From an uncultured Planctomycetaceae bacterium (lineage in GTDB: Bacteria; Planctomycetota; Planctomycetia; Planctomycetales; Planctomycetaceae): a stretch of 64,000 bases of DNA. The notes under the pieces are model-generated. The model saw only the letters and a program-made list of their open reading frames with translations. It did not search any database and was not told the origin of the DNA. This document shows, one piece after another, positions 51,804-62,981 of this stretch (its first letter is position 1; every line of letters begins with the position of its first letter). The stretch covers positions 512,001 to 576,000 of the forward strand of contig CAWFGE010000013.1 of assembly GCA_963815195.1 (NCBI GenBank), given 5' to 3'. Made by a program: the position numbers and the translations under genes.

Positions 51804-54549
51804 ATGGCGGGAGTCTCCACCAGTGTCGGACTCATCAGCGGATTGAACTACAAGGATTTGGTGGACGCCATCATCCAAGCCCAGCGCGGCGGCGCGAAGC
51901 GGATGGAAGACCGAATCTCCGGGTATCAGTCCGTCGAGAAAGGGCTGTCTTTGCTCGAAGCCACCGTGCTCGGCATCAGCACCGCCGTGCAAAGTTTGGG
52001 GAACAGTTCCACCTTCGATTCCTTTCAGGTGCAAAACAGCGACGAGGCCCAGCTTTCGGTCAAAACCACCGACAACGTCGAACCGGGAAACTATTCGTTC
52101 CAAGCCATCCGCAAAGCGGCGAACCATCAGGTTCTGAGCAAAGGCTTTGCCAACACCGACTCGCAGACGATCGGCGCGGGGACGATCACCATCGCCACCG
52201 GCGGCCGGCTCAATTCGGAAACCTTGCTCGACGCATTGAACAGCGGCGCGGGCATTCATCGGGGTGAGATTCAAATCACCGATCGCTCCGGCCAATCCGC
52301 CACGGTCGATCTTTCGAGCGCGTTTTCCGCGCAGGATGTGCTCGACGCGATCAACAACACCGCGAACATTGACGTCACGGCTTCCGTCAGCGGCGGGCAT
52401 CTGGTGCTGACCGACACGTCCGGCGCGACGGCGAACGATCTGTCCGTCGTCGACGTCAACGGCGGCAGCACCGCGGCGGATTTGGGGATCGCCCAATCCG
52501 TGAGCGCGGGCACGCTCACCGGCAGCGACGTCTACACCGTCGACGGCGCGTTTTCGCTTGCGGACATCAACGACGGCAACGGGCTGGACCGGACCAACGG
52601 CGGCCCCGATCTGCGCATCACCTTGACCGATGACAGCACCCTCGACATCAATCTCGACGGGGCCGCCACTGTGAATGACGTGGTGAACCTGATCAATAAC
52701 GACGAGAACAACGCCGGCCGAGTCTCGGCGTCGCTCGCCAACGGGCGGCTCGTGCTCCAGGATTTAAGCGGCGGGGGCGGCACCAGTTTGTTCCATGTCG
52801 AAGACATCAATACGGCCTCGGTCGTCCGGCAATTGGGCCTGGACGCGACCGCATCCGGGACGACGCTCACCGGAAACCGCCTGGCGGCGGGTTTGAACTC
52901 CGTGCTGTTGCGGAACATCAACGCAGGGCAGGGCATCACCCAGACCGGTCAGATCGATCTCACGGACCGCACGGGGGCCACCGCGTCGGTGGACCTCACC
53001 GGAGCGGAATCACTGGATGAGGTGATTTCCGCGATCAATTCCTCGGGGCTGTCGCTCGTCGCGGAGTTGAATGACCAGGGCACGGGGATCAAAGTTCGCG
53101 ACACATCCGGGGCGTCGGCTTCCAACCTGATCATCGCCGATGCCGGCGGAGGAACGACGGCCGCCGATTTGAACATCGCGGTCGATGCCGCCGTGGATTC
53201 GGTCGACTCCGGTTCGCTCCATCTGCGTTATGTCAACGGAGCCTCGGCCGTCAACCACTATGCCCCCGACGGCAGCGCGATTTCGCAGGGTTCGTTTTTG
53301 ATCCGCGACTCCGCCGGCAACGAAGCCACCCTCACCATCGGTTCGAGCGTCAAGACCATCGGCGACGTGATCGATCGCATCAACGCCGCCACCGGGGTTT
53401 CCGTGACCGCCAAACTCAACGAGTATGGCGACGGGTTTCGAACTCGTTGACGAGGCGGGCGGCGCGGGCAACTTGGAAGTGGAGGAACTCGGCGGCGACG
53501 TGGCTTCCGATTTGAGGCTCTTGGGCGGTTCGTACGTCGGCGGCGACGGCAAGCAGCACATCGCCAGCCGCGAAACCGCCGTGATCGACGTGGCCGCCGA
53601 CGACACATTGGACGATGTGATCTCGAAGTTAAACGCCTACAAAGGCACGGTCTCGGCCACGGTCTTTAACGACGGCACGACGACGAACCCCAACCGGCTG
53701 CTCTTGAACTCCACCGTCAACGGTTCCAAAGGGCGGCTGATCATCGACACCGGCGGCCTGGATTTGGGATTGAACGCCGTCACCCAGGGGCAAGATGCGC
53801 TCTTGAGTGTGAACAGCTTCGGCTCTCTCAGCTTTTTGAGGTCTTCGAGCGACAACAAGTTCGCCGACGCCGCCCCCGGTCTGGATGTGACCGTCCGTCA
53901 GCCCGGCGCGACTTCGGCGGAGATCTCGGTGACGCAGGACACATCGACGATCGAATCGGCGCTCCAGTCGTTCGTGAGCACCTATAACACCTATGTGTCC
54001 ACAACCGCGACTCTGACCAAGTTCGATTTGAGCGCCAACCAAATCGGCGCGCTCCAAGGCAGCAGCGTCCCGCTCCGCGTTTCGCAAAGGCTTCAGGATC
54101 TTGTCACGAAGCGGATCACGGCGGGCGACGGCAGCATCACCACGCTTCAGCAACTGGGCATCACCTTCGACAAGGGGGGCAAGCTCACGTTTAATTCGGA
54201 CCAGTTCCACACCCTCGTCGCCGACAATCCGCAGGGCGTTTCGGATTTCTTTCTGACAAAGGACGCCGGCTTTGCCGATCTGGCCAAGTCGATCCTGGAC
54301 AGCCTGACCGATACAAGCACCGGAACGTTCGCTCTCGAAAAAAAATCCCTCGACGACACCATCACAACGCTCACAAACCGCGTCGATGAAATCGATGCGC
54401 TCTTGGAAGTCCGCCGGCAGCGTTTGACTCAAGAGTTCGTGAATACCGAATCGATTTTGGGGACGCTCTCGTCGCAACAAAACGCGCTGAAATCGATTGC
54501 GCCTCTGAGTGTTAACACGGGCCAATCCAATAGCAACAGCAATTCCTGA
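51804..54549 (+). CDS. fliD: Flagellar filament cap protein FliD (long form), frameshift near 53437
   Basis: 'GLISGLNY..LVD.I' N-terminus; C-terminal 'F..TYN', 'LQQLGI..GKL', 'RL..EF..E..L..L..QQ.L'; followed by fliS. Confidence 0.9.
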
Positions 54550-54599
54550 CATCGTCCCCGATCCCTGATTTTCAAGAAGCCAAGGAAGGAAACGACCCT

Positions 54600-55034
54600 A
54601 TGCCTGGTGCCGACGCGTATCTTTCGACGCAAGTGCTCACCGCGTCGCCTTACCGCTTGCATTTGTTCGTGGTGGATGGGGCGATCCGTTTCGCGTCCCA
54701 AGCGGCGGAGGCGATGCGGGCGAAGGACTTCGGAGCCGCGCACCTGGCGCTCGGACGCAGCCGGGATTTCGTCACCGAGCTGATAGGCGGTTTGGACGAA
54801 TCCCGCGATCCCGAATTGACCACGCGCCTGAAGCACCTGTTTTTGTTCTCTTACATGAACCTCGTCGAAGGCGAACGCGACCGGGACGTGAAGAAAGTCC
54901 AGGATGCCCTCGCCGTCCTGCGGATGCACCACGAGACGTGGATCGAGCTCGGCCTGGCGCTTCATCAATCCGCCGAAACGGACCAGTCGCCGCATTTCGC
55001 GCCCATCGACAAGCCGCGGGTGTGGAGCGCTTGA
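54600..55034 (+). CDS. fliS: Flagellar export chaperone FliS
   Basis: 'Y..QVLTASP.RL...DGAIRF', 'EL..GLD', 'L..L..Y', 'ETW'. Confidence 0.9.
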   Translation: MPGADAYLSTQVLTASPYRLHLFVVDGAIRFASQAAEAMRAKDFGAAHLALGRSRDFVTELIGGLDESRDPELTTRLKHLFLFSYMNLVEGERDRDVKKVQDALAVLRMHHETWIELGLALHQSAETDQSPHFAPIDKPRVWSA

Positions 55035-55057
55035 TCCGGCTGCCATGCCGATGATTT

Positions 55058-55510
55058 CTCAAACTGTAAAGGCTTTTAACCACGAAACACACGAATGACA
55101 CGAAAGACAGCCCGATTTCTCTGAAATCCTCTTACCGGGGCGGGGGGTGGCTGGGGCGCAAAGGAATGTTCCGAGGAAAAAGGAGATTTGAGGCCTGGGG
55201 TCTGGGGACGCGTCAGAGATTTCTCGCCCGGTTACAGCCCCAGCATTCGCAATTCAAGCCTAATTTGCGCCCAGCCACCCAACCGCTCGTGGTTGATCCA
55301 CTTACAGTTTAAGCTATTTCTCAAACTGTAAGCCTTTGGGTGGCTCGGGCGCAAATTCTCCTTGGAGTAAGGCTGGAACTGTGAATGCTGGGGCTATGGC
55401 CGAGCGAGAAAAACTTCACACAGCCCCAGACCTCAAATCTGCTTTTTCCTTGGAACATTCCATTGCGCCCCAGCCACCCCCGCTCGTGGTTGATCCACTT
55501 ACAGTTTAAG
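55058..55510. mobile_element. Two tandem MITE-like cassettes, each carrying the ~140-bp palindromic element
   Basis: Units 55058-55313 and 55320-55510 bounded by CTCAAACTGTAA / TTACAGTTTAAG; identical 30-bp right ends; inner elements in opposite orientations. Confidence 0.75.
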
Positions 55511-56381
55511 TTATTTGAAATTCAAATCTTCGCTGCGGGGAAGTTCGCTGAGGTCGCCCAAACCGAAGATTTGCAGAAACCGGGGCGTGGTGTGGTAGGT
55601 GACATCTTTGGCCGATTTCCCGTTGCGCTCGAGGCCGATGATCTCCCGCCGCAATAATTGCCGGAGCACGCCGTTGGGGTTGGGTTTTCCGGATTGCTCG
55701 ATGTCCTCTTTGGTGATGGGTTGCCGATAGGCGACCAGCGCCAGCACTTCGAGGGCTTCCTGGGAAAGCCGGACTTCTTTGGGACCGAAGCCGTAGCTTT
55801 TGTTGCGGACGTTCTCGAATTCGGGCCGGAGCACCATCCGGTATCCCCCCTCATCCAGGCGAATTTCATAAGGCCGGTTCTCATCGTCGTATCGCAGATT
55901 GAGTTCGTCGATAGACCGCTCGATGAAATCGCGATCGAACTCGTCCCGCAGGACGCCGGAAAGGCGTTTGATCGTCAAAGGCATCCCGCCGACAAACAGA
56001 GCGGCCTCGATGATCCGCGCCGGTTCGGATCCGCGGAAGCGGCCGATCGGTTCCCGGGTCCTCGGCCGCGGGCGATTGATTTTCCACGGGGACAATCGTC
56101 CCGGCAATGCCCGGAAAGTCATTCAGCGAGCCGACCCCTTCGCCGTCGTCCTCGCCTCCGGGTTCCCCTTCCTGGCCGTCCAACAATTCTCTCGCGGCGG
56201 GGAGTTCCTGCTCGACATGATCGAGAGCCGAGACGGCTTTCTGATATGCCAACTCCAAATCCTCGCCGCTCCAGAAATCGTCGGCCTCGTCCACGTTCGC
56301 AGAATCCTCCTCGAAACTCCGCGGCACACGTGCGTCGGCTTCATTCGAGAAATCCGGAGAACAATCCTCTGGAACCGGCAT
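55511..56381 (-). CDS. scpB: SMC-Scp complex subunit ScpB with acidic N-terminal extension, frameshift near 56060
   Basis: 'IIEAALF', 'GGYRM', 'LSQEALEVLALVAYRQPIT', 'Y.TT..FL..FGL..L.ELP'. Confidence 0.9.
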
Positions 56382-56629
56382 CCGTGCCTCCGCTTGAATG
56401 AAAAAAATCGCGATCGGACGCAAAACTATACGCCGATCGGAGCCTTCGCTTCAATCCCGAACTGTGAACCGAATGAATTCCCCGGCCAATCTTCATGGTA
56501 AAATCAGACTGGCTCCTTGCAGATGGCGGGCTTCGCCAATTTGCGGGGGCGGCGGAGTTTGGGCAAATTCGCGGCGCCCGCGGGACGGTGGAGTTCTTTT
56601 TTCCTTGAATCACCAACCGGACGGCAACG

Positions 56630-56893
56630 ATGACCGACCTCACCAACCCGCGGTGGATTTACCTCAAAGGTGTTTTATTCTTTCTGTGCGCCGCGGCTTC
56701 CTGCGGATTGATTCTATACGAATTCTGGAACCCGCGGCTGATCTTGCTCATCGCCATCGCGATCTGGAGTTCCGCCCGGTTTTATTATTTTGCGTTTTAC
56801 GTCATCGAGCATTACGTCGATCCAGGCTACAAATTCGCCGGCTTGGGAGCGTTCGTGATGTACCTCTTCCGCAAATCCCGAGGGGCGGAATAG
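56630..56893 (+). CDS. Small membrane hypothetical protein
   Basis: 87 aa, hydrophobic helices, 'RFYYFAFYVIEHYVDP..KFAG'. Confidence 0.65.
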   Translation: MTDLTNPRWIYLKGVLFFLCAAASCGLILYEFWNPRLILLIAIAIWSSARFYYFAFYVIEHYVDPGYKFAGLGAFVMYLFRKSRGAE

Positions 56894-56897
56894 AAAA

Positions 56898-56927
56898 GAA
56901 CCCAGCGTTTTTGAAAACGCCGGGTTC
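56898..56927. terminator. Hairpin between convergent genes
   Basis: GAACCCAGCGTTTT-TG-AAAACGCCGGGTTC. Confidence 0.55.
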
Positions 56928-56956
56928 TCCATCAGGTCGTCGACGACCGGCAGCGG

Positions 56957-57457
56957 TCAATCTTTGATGTCGTACTCGAACGTGTTCTCTCCTTTTTTGA
57001 CCTCAAAGACGATGCCGCTCGTACTGTGGTCGGCGTATTTCTGGGGGATCTCGGACGTCCCCGCATCATCCTTCTTGCCGCTTTTGGTCCTGGCCATTTC
57101 GGCTTCCATCGCCTTGTCCGGGTCAAGCGCTTCCGACGAGCCGCCCCCCGGAGTGACGGCGACTTCATAGTCGCCTGTTGGGATCTGTGTTGCTGCGCTG
57201 TCCGTTCCGATGGTGGGCTGGAATGTGCCGTCCGCACCGACCACCCCCGTGGCGGTTGCTCCAAGTTTTTTGTGATAGAAGGAGACCAAAGTTCCTTCGG
57301 GAGCGGGCTTGCCTTTCAGCAGGAGCTTGCCTTTGACGGACCCCGTGGGACCGTCATAGGCGGATTCGTCGCCTCCCGAACAGCCGCAGAACGTCATGGC
57401 CAGAAATGCGAAAACGAGCAGCCATCCGCCGTGTTTGTGTGAATGATAGCGTACCAT
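56957..57457 (-). CDS. Carboxypeptidase-regulatory-like lipoprotein (DUF1559-associated)
   Basis: Lipobox 'FCGC'; 'VKGK...G.P', 'G.Y.V.V', 'IPQKY....SG..F.V..G.N.F'. Confidence 0.8.
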   Translation of the reverse strand: MVRYHSHKHGGWLLVFAFLAMTFCGCSGGDESAYDGPTGSVKGKLLLKGKPAPEGTLVSFYHKKLGATATGVVGADGTFQPTIGTDSAATQIPTGDYEVAVTPGGGSSEALDPDKAMEAEMARTKSGKKDDAGTSEIPQKYADHSTSGIVFEVKKGENTFEYDIKD

Positions 57458-57603
57458 ATTCTTCACCGTCCCAATTGAAGTCCAGAATACTTGGGGCTTG
57501 CAGTAGAAACGGGCCCCCGGCGTCCGCGCGGAACGCCGAACGTCCCAATCGATTGGCTGCAAACAAGAATTGTCATCCCTCAGACAGAAACGCGCTTTGG
57601 AGA

Positions 57604-58596
57604 CTAAAAGTTGCCCACGGGCTGACTGTCGGCCCGAAGCGCGAGGCGTCTGAGGATGGCCATGTTGAGGCTGCTGCTGAGGAAGTTGACGCGGCCATCG
57701 GCAAACACGGCCTGGACGCCGCCGACGTGCGCCGAAATCAGGGGGTTATTGACCCCGTGGTTTTCGTTGACGCCGTTGAGGTTGTACCGATGGTCCCCGA
57801 TCGCATACCGGACGGTGGTGATGTTGAACTGCCGTCTGCGGCTGTTGTCTTCGTAGGTGCCCATCATAAAGCCGTGGGGATAGGACGCGTCGGTGCGTTT
57901 TTTATTGCCATTGTTGTCGACGGCCCAGTCGGAGGTTTCGCTGATGCACATCGTATTGCTGGGGCCGTCGGTAATATCTCTGATGCGAACGACCGTGCCC
58001 GCGTTCCGCGCGCAGCGGTTGCACCCTACCAGAACGCCGTTTTGCGAATAGAAGGAGCTCGTGCTGCCTCCGCCGCAGCATTGCGTCGTGTCGCCGCGGT
58101 CTCCCGACTGATTGGGGACGCCGTTGCCTCCTTGAGCCCCCGCGATGCCGACGTACGAGGCGACCGTCATGCCTTTGCACCAGGTGGTTGTCACGACTTC
58201 GGGCAAGGGGCTGGACGGGCATCGCAGCACGGCGAGTTGGGCCTGGCCGTTGGTTCCCAGGTTCTGGCACTGGGTCGAGTAGCCCGTGTTGGCCGAACTG
58301 AAGTTGAATTTCTTATACAAAGGCCCTTGGTCGATATAGGGAAGAATGCCCGCGTACCAACTGATACCCCAGCCCCGTCCGCGAACACCAATTGGAAAAC
58401 TCCCAAACGTGTCGTGATAGTTGTGCAGAGCCAAGCCGAGTTGTTTGAGGTTGTTCTTGCAAGTGGAACGGCGGGCCGCCTCGCGGGCTTGCTGCACGGC
58501 GGGCAGCAGGAGCGCAATTAAGATCGCAATAATGGCGATCACCACCAATAATTCAATCAACGTAAATCCCCGCCGACGCCATTTTGCTCGTGTCAT
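57604..58596 (-). CDS. DUF1559 prepilin-type N-methylation protein
   Basis: '[41 protein letters not shown]'; H-X9-DG motif '[12 protein letters not shown]'. Confidence 0.93.
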   Translation of the reverse strand: MTRAKWRRRGFTLIELLVVIAIIAILIALLLPAVQQAREAARRSTCKNNLKQLGLALHNYHDTFGSFPIGVRGRGWGISWYAGILPYIDQGPLYKKFNFSSANTGYSTQCQNLGTNGQAQLAVLRCPSSPLPEVVTTTWCKGMTVASYVGIAGAQGGNGVPNQSGDRGDTTQCCGGGSTSSFYSQNGVLVGCNRCARNAGTVVRIRDITDGPSNTMCISETSDWAVDNNGNKKRTDASYPHGFMMGTYEDNSRRRQFNITTVRYAIGDHRYNLNGVNENHGVNNPLISAHVGGVQAVFADGRVNFLSSSLNMAILRRLALRADSQPVGNF

Positions 58597-59090
58597 CACA
58601 TTTCTCCTGAAGAAAGGAAAAAAAGAAAAAAATAGGGAAACGAAGGCACTCCCTTGAGAACCGACCGGTGATGGAAAAAGATTCGGTGAAGGAAGGATAA
58701 GGTGATGTGGGAAACGGGAATGTTTCCGGAAAAACTCACCAAAACCCAATCGATGATTGCTCTGTGTTAAGAGTTCTTTGTAAACGGGTTATTGGAAAGC
58801 TTTGGTCGGCTTGGAAATCCAACATATGTCAATGTGCTGGAAAATGCAACCATAATCGGACTGGGGGATTCCCTCAGGAAGGGCTGTTGAGAATGCGAGC
58901 GGGAGATTCGTGACGCTCGCGGGATCACACGATCGCACGCAGAGGCGAATAGACGCTTGACGGCGTGTTTTGCGGGCTTTTACGATCGGTGATGTGATGT
59001 GATTTGACCTGTCCTGTTTCCAATTCAAGCTGGTGGAGCGTTTATCGGTCGCCTCAGACCGAACGTCGCGCATTTTGGTGGAATCTTGCC

Positions 59091-60836
59091 ATGAAACACC
59101 GCCGAAGTTCCGGCGTGGGATTGATGCTGCTGGCCGCCTGGGTTTGGCAGGGATGTGCAGAAACGGAGATTCCTTCCCCAGCCAAAACGCCGTCGGCCAC
59201 CCGCATCGAATCGGCGGTCGATGCCCCTACGCCTCGGCCTCCGCTCGCGGACGATTGGTTTGAAGAGGTGACTTCGCAGACCGGCGTGAAGTCCATTTAC
59301 CGGAGCGGGCGGGATGCGGGATTTTACTCCATTCTCGAAACCGTGGGCGGCGGCGTGGCGGTGTTCGATTACGACCAGGACGGGGACATGGATTTGTTTT
59401 TTCCCGCCGGCGGGCAAATGCAGAACGGTCCCCCCGCCGTGCGCGGTTTGCCGGGGACGCTTTATCGTAACGAAGGGGATTGGAGTTTCCGGGACGTGAC
59501 GCGGGATGCCGGCCTCGAAGAGCCCGGCGATTATTCGCACGGCTGCGCGGTCAGCGATTTCAACCGGGACGGCTGGCCGGATTTGTTCGTCACCTGCTAC
59601 GGGCAGAGCCGATTGTATCGAAACGAAAACGGGAAGCGGTTTTCGGATGTCACGCATGTCGCAGGGTTGGCCGATTCTTCTTGGAGCACGGCGGCGGCTT
59701 GGGGGGACGTGAACCGGGACGGCTGGCCGGATTTGTACGTGGCGAGTTATCTGAATTGGCGTCTCGATCCCCAAGACGTTTGTGAAGACCCCGGCGAGAA
59801 AACCCGCGACGTGTGCCCGCCGCAAAAGTATCCCGCCGCGATGGACCGGCTGTTTCTCAATCATCAAGGCATGCGTTTTGAGGATGTCACGGAGCAGGCG
59901 CAGCTCAGCCGCGAAGGCAAAGGCCTGGGGGTCGTGGCGGCCGACTTGAACCGCGATGGCTGGCTGGATTTTTACGTCGCCAACGATGCGGTGGCCAATC
60001 AAATGTATTTGGGCGGCCCGACATTTCCCTTTCGTGACGCGGCTCCAACTTCGGGGACGGCACTCAATGAGTTCGGCGCTCCCGAAGGAAGCATGGGAGT
60101 GGACTTTAGCGATTACAACGGAGACGGGCGGGGCGACTTGTTTCTGACCAACTTTGAAATGGAGGACAACTCGCTGTATCGGCATCTGGACAGAGACGTC
60201 TTCGTGCACGCGACGGTTGTCGCGGGCTTGGGCGGCCGGAGCCGGACGTTCGTCGGCTTCGGCACCGGCTTTGCCGACTTTGACGGAGACGGCTGGCAGG
60301 ATTTGTATGTGATCAACGGGCACGTTTTTTACCACCGCGGCCGAAGCCCATTTCGGCAACCGGCGTTTTTGCTGCGGAACGACCAAGGCAACTCGTTCCA
60401 GGACGTGTCGGCCCGCGGGGGACCGTGGTTCAGCGTGCCGCATCCGGGCCGGGGCGCCGCCGTCGGCGATTTGGACAATGATGGCGCTCTCGATCTGGTG
60501 ATCGTCAACCAGGATGCGCCCGCCGCCATTTTGCGAAACCGCCGGCGGCCCGCGAACTGGATTCGGCTGCGGCTTCGCGGAACGCGTTCCGATCCGTTCG
60601 CAGTGGGAGCCAGCCTTTCGTTGGAAAATCGAGGCCGAACGCTGGTGCGGTTCGTTCGCGGCGGAGGGGGTTATCTTTCGCATTCCGATCGGCGAATCTT
60701 GCTGCCCGTGCCGGATGGTCACGAAACCGTCCAAGTCACTGTCCGCTGGCCGAGCGGCCGCGAGGAACACTTCAAAGATTTGACACCCCGGCAAACCAAC
60801 GATCTGGTGGAAGGGACCGGCACGCGTGACGAATGA
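59091..60836 (+). CDS. CRTAC1-like FG-GAP/ASPIC-UnbV lipoprotein
   Basis: Repeated 'D.N.DGW.DL'; 'GRGAAVGDLDNDG'; 'GGGYLS', 'VRWPSG'. Confidence 0.9.
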   Translation: MKHRRSSGVGLMLLAAWVWQGCAETEIPSPAKTPSATRIESAVDAPTPRPPLADDWFEEVTSQTGVKSIYRSGRDAGFYSILETVGGGVAVFDYDQDGDMDLFFPAGGQMQNGPPAVRGLPGTLYRNEGDWSFRDVTRDAGLEEPGDYSHGCAVSDFNRDGWPDLFVTCYGQSRLYRNENGKRFSDVTHVAGLADSSWSTAAAWGDVNRDGWPDLYVASYLNWRLDPQDVCEDPGEKTRDVCPPQKYPAAMDRLFLNHQGMRFEDVTEQAQLSREGKGLGVVAADLNRDGWLDFYVANDAVANQMYLGGPTFPFRDAAPTSGTALNEFGAPEGSMGVDFSDYNGDGRGDLFLTNFEMEDNSLYRHLDRDVFVHATVVAGLGGRSRTFVGFGTGFADFDGDGWQDLYVINGHVFYHRGRSPFRQPAFLLRNDQGNSFQDVSARGGPWFSVPHPGRGAAVGDLDNDGALDLVIVNQDAPAAILRNRRRPANWIRLRLRGTRSDPFAVGASLSLENRGRTLVRFVRGGGGYLSHSDRRILLPVPDGHETVQVTVRWPSGREEHFKDLTPRQTNDLVEGTGTRDE

Positions 60837-62022
60837 CAAATCGACGGCCGTTCGCAGCTTTCGTCCGCCCCGCATCCGCTGGAAATGGGCGGTGGCGTCG
60901 ATCGCGCTGCTCGCCGGAGCCTTGGGTTATTGGGCGTTTCAGACCCCCAGTGGATTGTATTGGCGGGCGAAGCGGCTTGCAAAATCGGACCCGGAAACGG
61001 CCGAGCAACTCGTGATGGAAAGCGTGGGTCTTGCCGATGGCAATTATCCGCCGGCTCAGCTTTTGTGGTGCCGGCTGTTGGCGAAATCCGGCCGCTGGAC
61101 GGAAGCCTTGGGCGCGTTCAGCCAAATCCAGGACGGTTCGGCGTGCGACCAGGCGGAGCTTTTGGAACTCGCAAAACAGGCGCTCGCCGCCCGTCAGAAT
61201 TTGATGGCACAATACGCACTCATGGCCGCGGATCGGCCGGGACCGGCGCGAATCCAAGTGCTCGAAATGCTCATTTCCTTAAAACTCGAGGGGCGGCAAT
61301 CCTCCGACGCGATCGCTCTGGCCAAAAAACTCAGCCGGCAATCGCCCGAAAGCGTTTTGGCCTGGCTGGTGATCTCGCAAGTCGCGCTCGAGCAGAAAGA
61401 TCTCAAGGAAGCCCTCGTCGCCGGCCGGCGGGGGCTAAAGTGCCATCCGTCCCCCCAAGACGAAGCGGCCCTTCGGAACATCCTGGTGCAGGTGCTGATG
61501 GATACGGGCGACATGGCGGCAGCGCGGCAGGAGATGGACCGCCTGCTCGCCGCGGGCCCGCCCACCGATGCCGTGCACATCAAGCATGCCTTTCTCCTGC
61601 GCTATGAAGGCCGCACAAACGACGCGATGAAAGAAATCAATCAGGTGCTCGATCACGCGCCTGGCTCCAATCGGGCGCGGATGGTGCGAGGCATGCTGCT
61701 GTTCGATCAAGGCGCGTTCCAAGCGGCTCTTGCGGATTTCACCGCGGTGGTCGATGCCGATCCCTACAATAAAGAAGCCCACTACAAGTTCGCCCAATCC
61801 GCGAGCCGGTTGGGAAAGTCCGAACTGGCGAACAGGCATTTGGAAATCAGCAACCGGTTGACGACAGCCACGGTAAAAGTGATGGAAACCGAAGCGGAAG
61901 TTGCGCGGGATCCCCGGAACCCCGAGCGATTGCGAGAGTTGGCGAATCTGTACGATCAACTCGGGCGTTTTCAACAAGCGGCAACACTCCGCCGGCACTT
62001 GGAAACCGTGACGATTCGGTAA
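60826..62022 (+). CDS. TPR-repeat protein with N-terminal TM anchor
   Basis: Helical TPR-like repeats; overlaps the end of the ASPIC gene. Confidence 0.8.
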   Translation: MTNDKSTAVRSFRPPRIRWKWAVASIALLAGALGYWAFQTPSGLYWRAKRLAKSDPETAEQLVMESVGLADGNYPPAQLLWCRLLAKSGRWTEALGAFSQIQDGSACDQAELLELAKQALAARQNLMAQYALMAADRPGPARIQVLEMLISLKLEGRQSSDAIALAKKLSRQSPESVLAWLVISQVALEQKDLKEALVAGRRGLKCHPSPQDEAALRNILVQVLMDTGDMAAARQEMDRLLAAGPPTDAVHIKHAFLLRYEGRTNDAMKEINQVLDHAPGSNRARMVRGMLLFDQGAFQAALADFTAVVDADPYNKEAHYKFAQSASRLGKSELANRHLEISNRLTTATVKVMETEAEVARDPRNPERLRELANLYDQLGRFQQAATLRRHLETVTIR

Positions 62023-62384
62023 AGACGCCACATTGCAATCCATGGCGATTCATTAAAAAAATGCCAGGCGTGTCGTCTGCACCCTTGCAAAAAATATATT
62101 AAAAATGACCGGCGAATTGGGATTTGTCAGAACATTTCGAAACGGCCACAGGGACGATTTTCCTACGCAAATTGGGGAAATCGCCGCGAATTGTTGTGCG
62201 TTTTGTGTTCCATTCGATGGTACGAATCGTGTGGGAATTTCCCCTACGGTAATTTAGTGAAAATACTAACTTGACGTGGCGCGGAATTTCATTTACCTTT
62301 ATCGTAACGAGTTGGGTTGAGGGGCGGGTGCGGAGACACTCCGAAACTCCTCAAAAGTGGAATTTTATCCCCAAGCTGATTGCC

Positions 62385-62789
62385 ATGGTGCGCAACACAC
62401 ACAATCTCAGCAACGGCTCCCCGCGATGGGTGAAGTGGTGCTGTCGTTTTGTGCTTTTGGCGGCTCTGGCTCCTGTCGCATTGTCTCTGAGTGCGGTGCA
62501 AGGTTGGGCGGATGCACCCTCCGGAGCTCAACTCGTCAACGGGTCTCACGCGATCCGCGAGTCGGGACGGCTCACCCTGCCACTCGATGCGTTACAACAT
62601 CTCGGCCGGCACATCGCTTATGAGTCGGAAGAGAATCGCGAATCGGAAGTGGAGTCGCACGCTCCCATCCTGTGCACATTGCCCACTGTGCGGTTGCAGA
62701 ACACTCCGGTGATCTCCCGCATTGGGGCGGTCAGCGAGCAAGCCCGGGTTTCGGTGCTGCTGTCGCTCGCGTTGCCCATGCTTTGCTAA
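62385..62789 (+). CDS. Hypothetical exported protein
   Basis: Hydrophobic leader; no recognised domain; upstream of the RND adaptor. Confidence 0.35.
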   Translation: MVRNTHNLSNGSPRWVKWCCRFVLLAALAPVALSLSAVQGWADAPSGAQLVNGSHAIRESGRLTLPLDALQHLGRHIAYESEENRESEVESHAPILCTLPTVRLQNTPVISRIGAVSEQARVSVLLSLALPMLC

Positions 62790-62981
62790 AAGCGTTTGCC
62801 CTCTTCCGCCGCCCCCGTTGTGAAACGGAACGCTTGTGCGGCACAGAGTGAAGGCGCAATTCGCTCACGCGCCTCATATCACTCTCAAATTGTAGTGAAA
62901 CAAGATCCCGGCGCCGCGTCTCATTCATGCGCTTGGAGCTAATGTTCAGACACGATTCTCTTTCCTTGATAGGAGTGCAAG

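Noticed and set aside
2840..56381. Programmed ribosomal frameshifting
   Set aside because: No consistent slippery heptamers; affected genes are not known recoding targets
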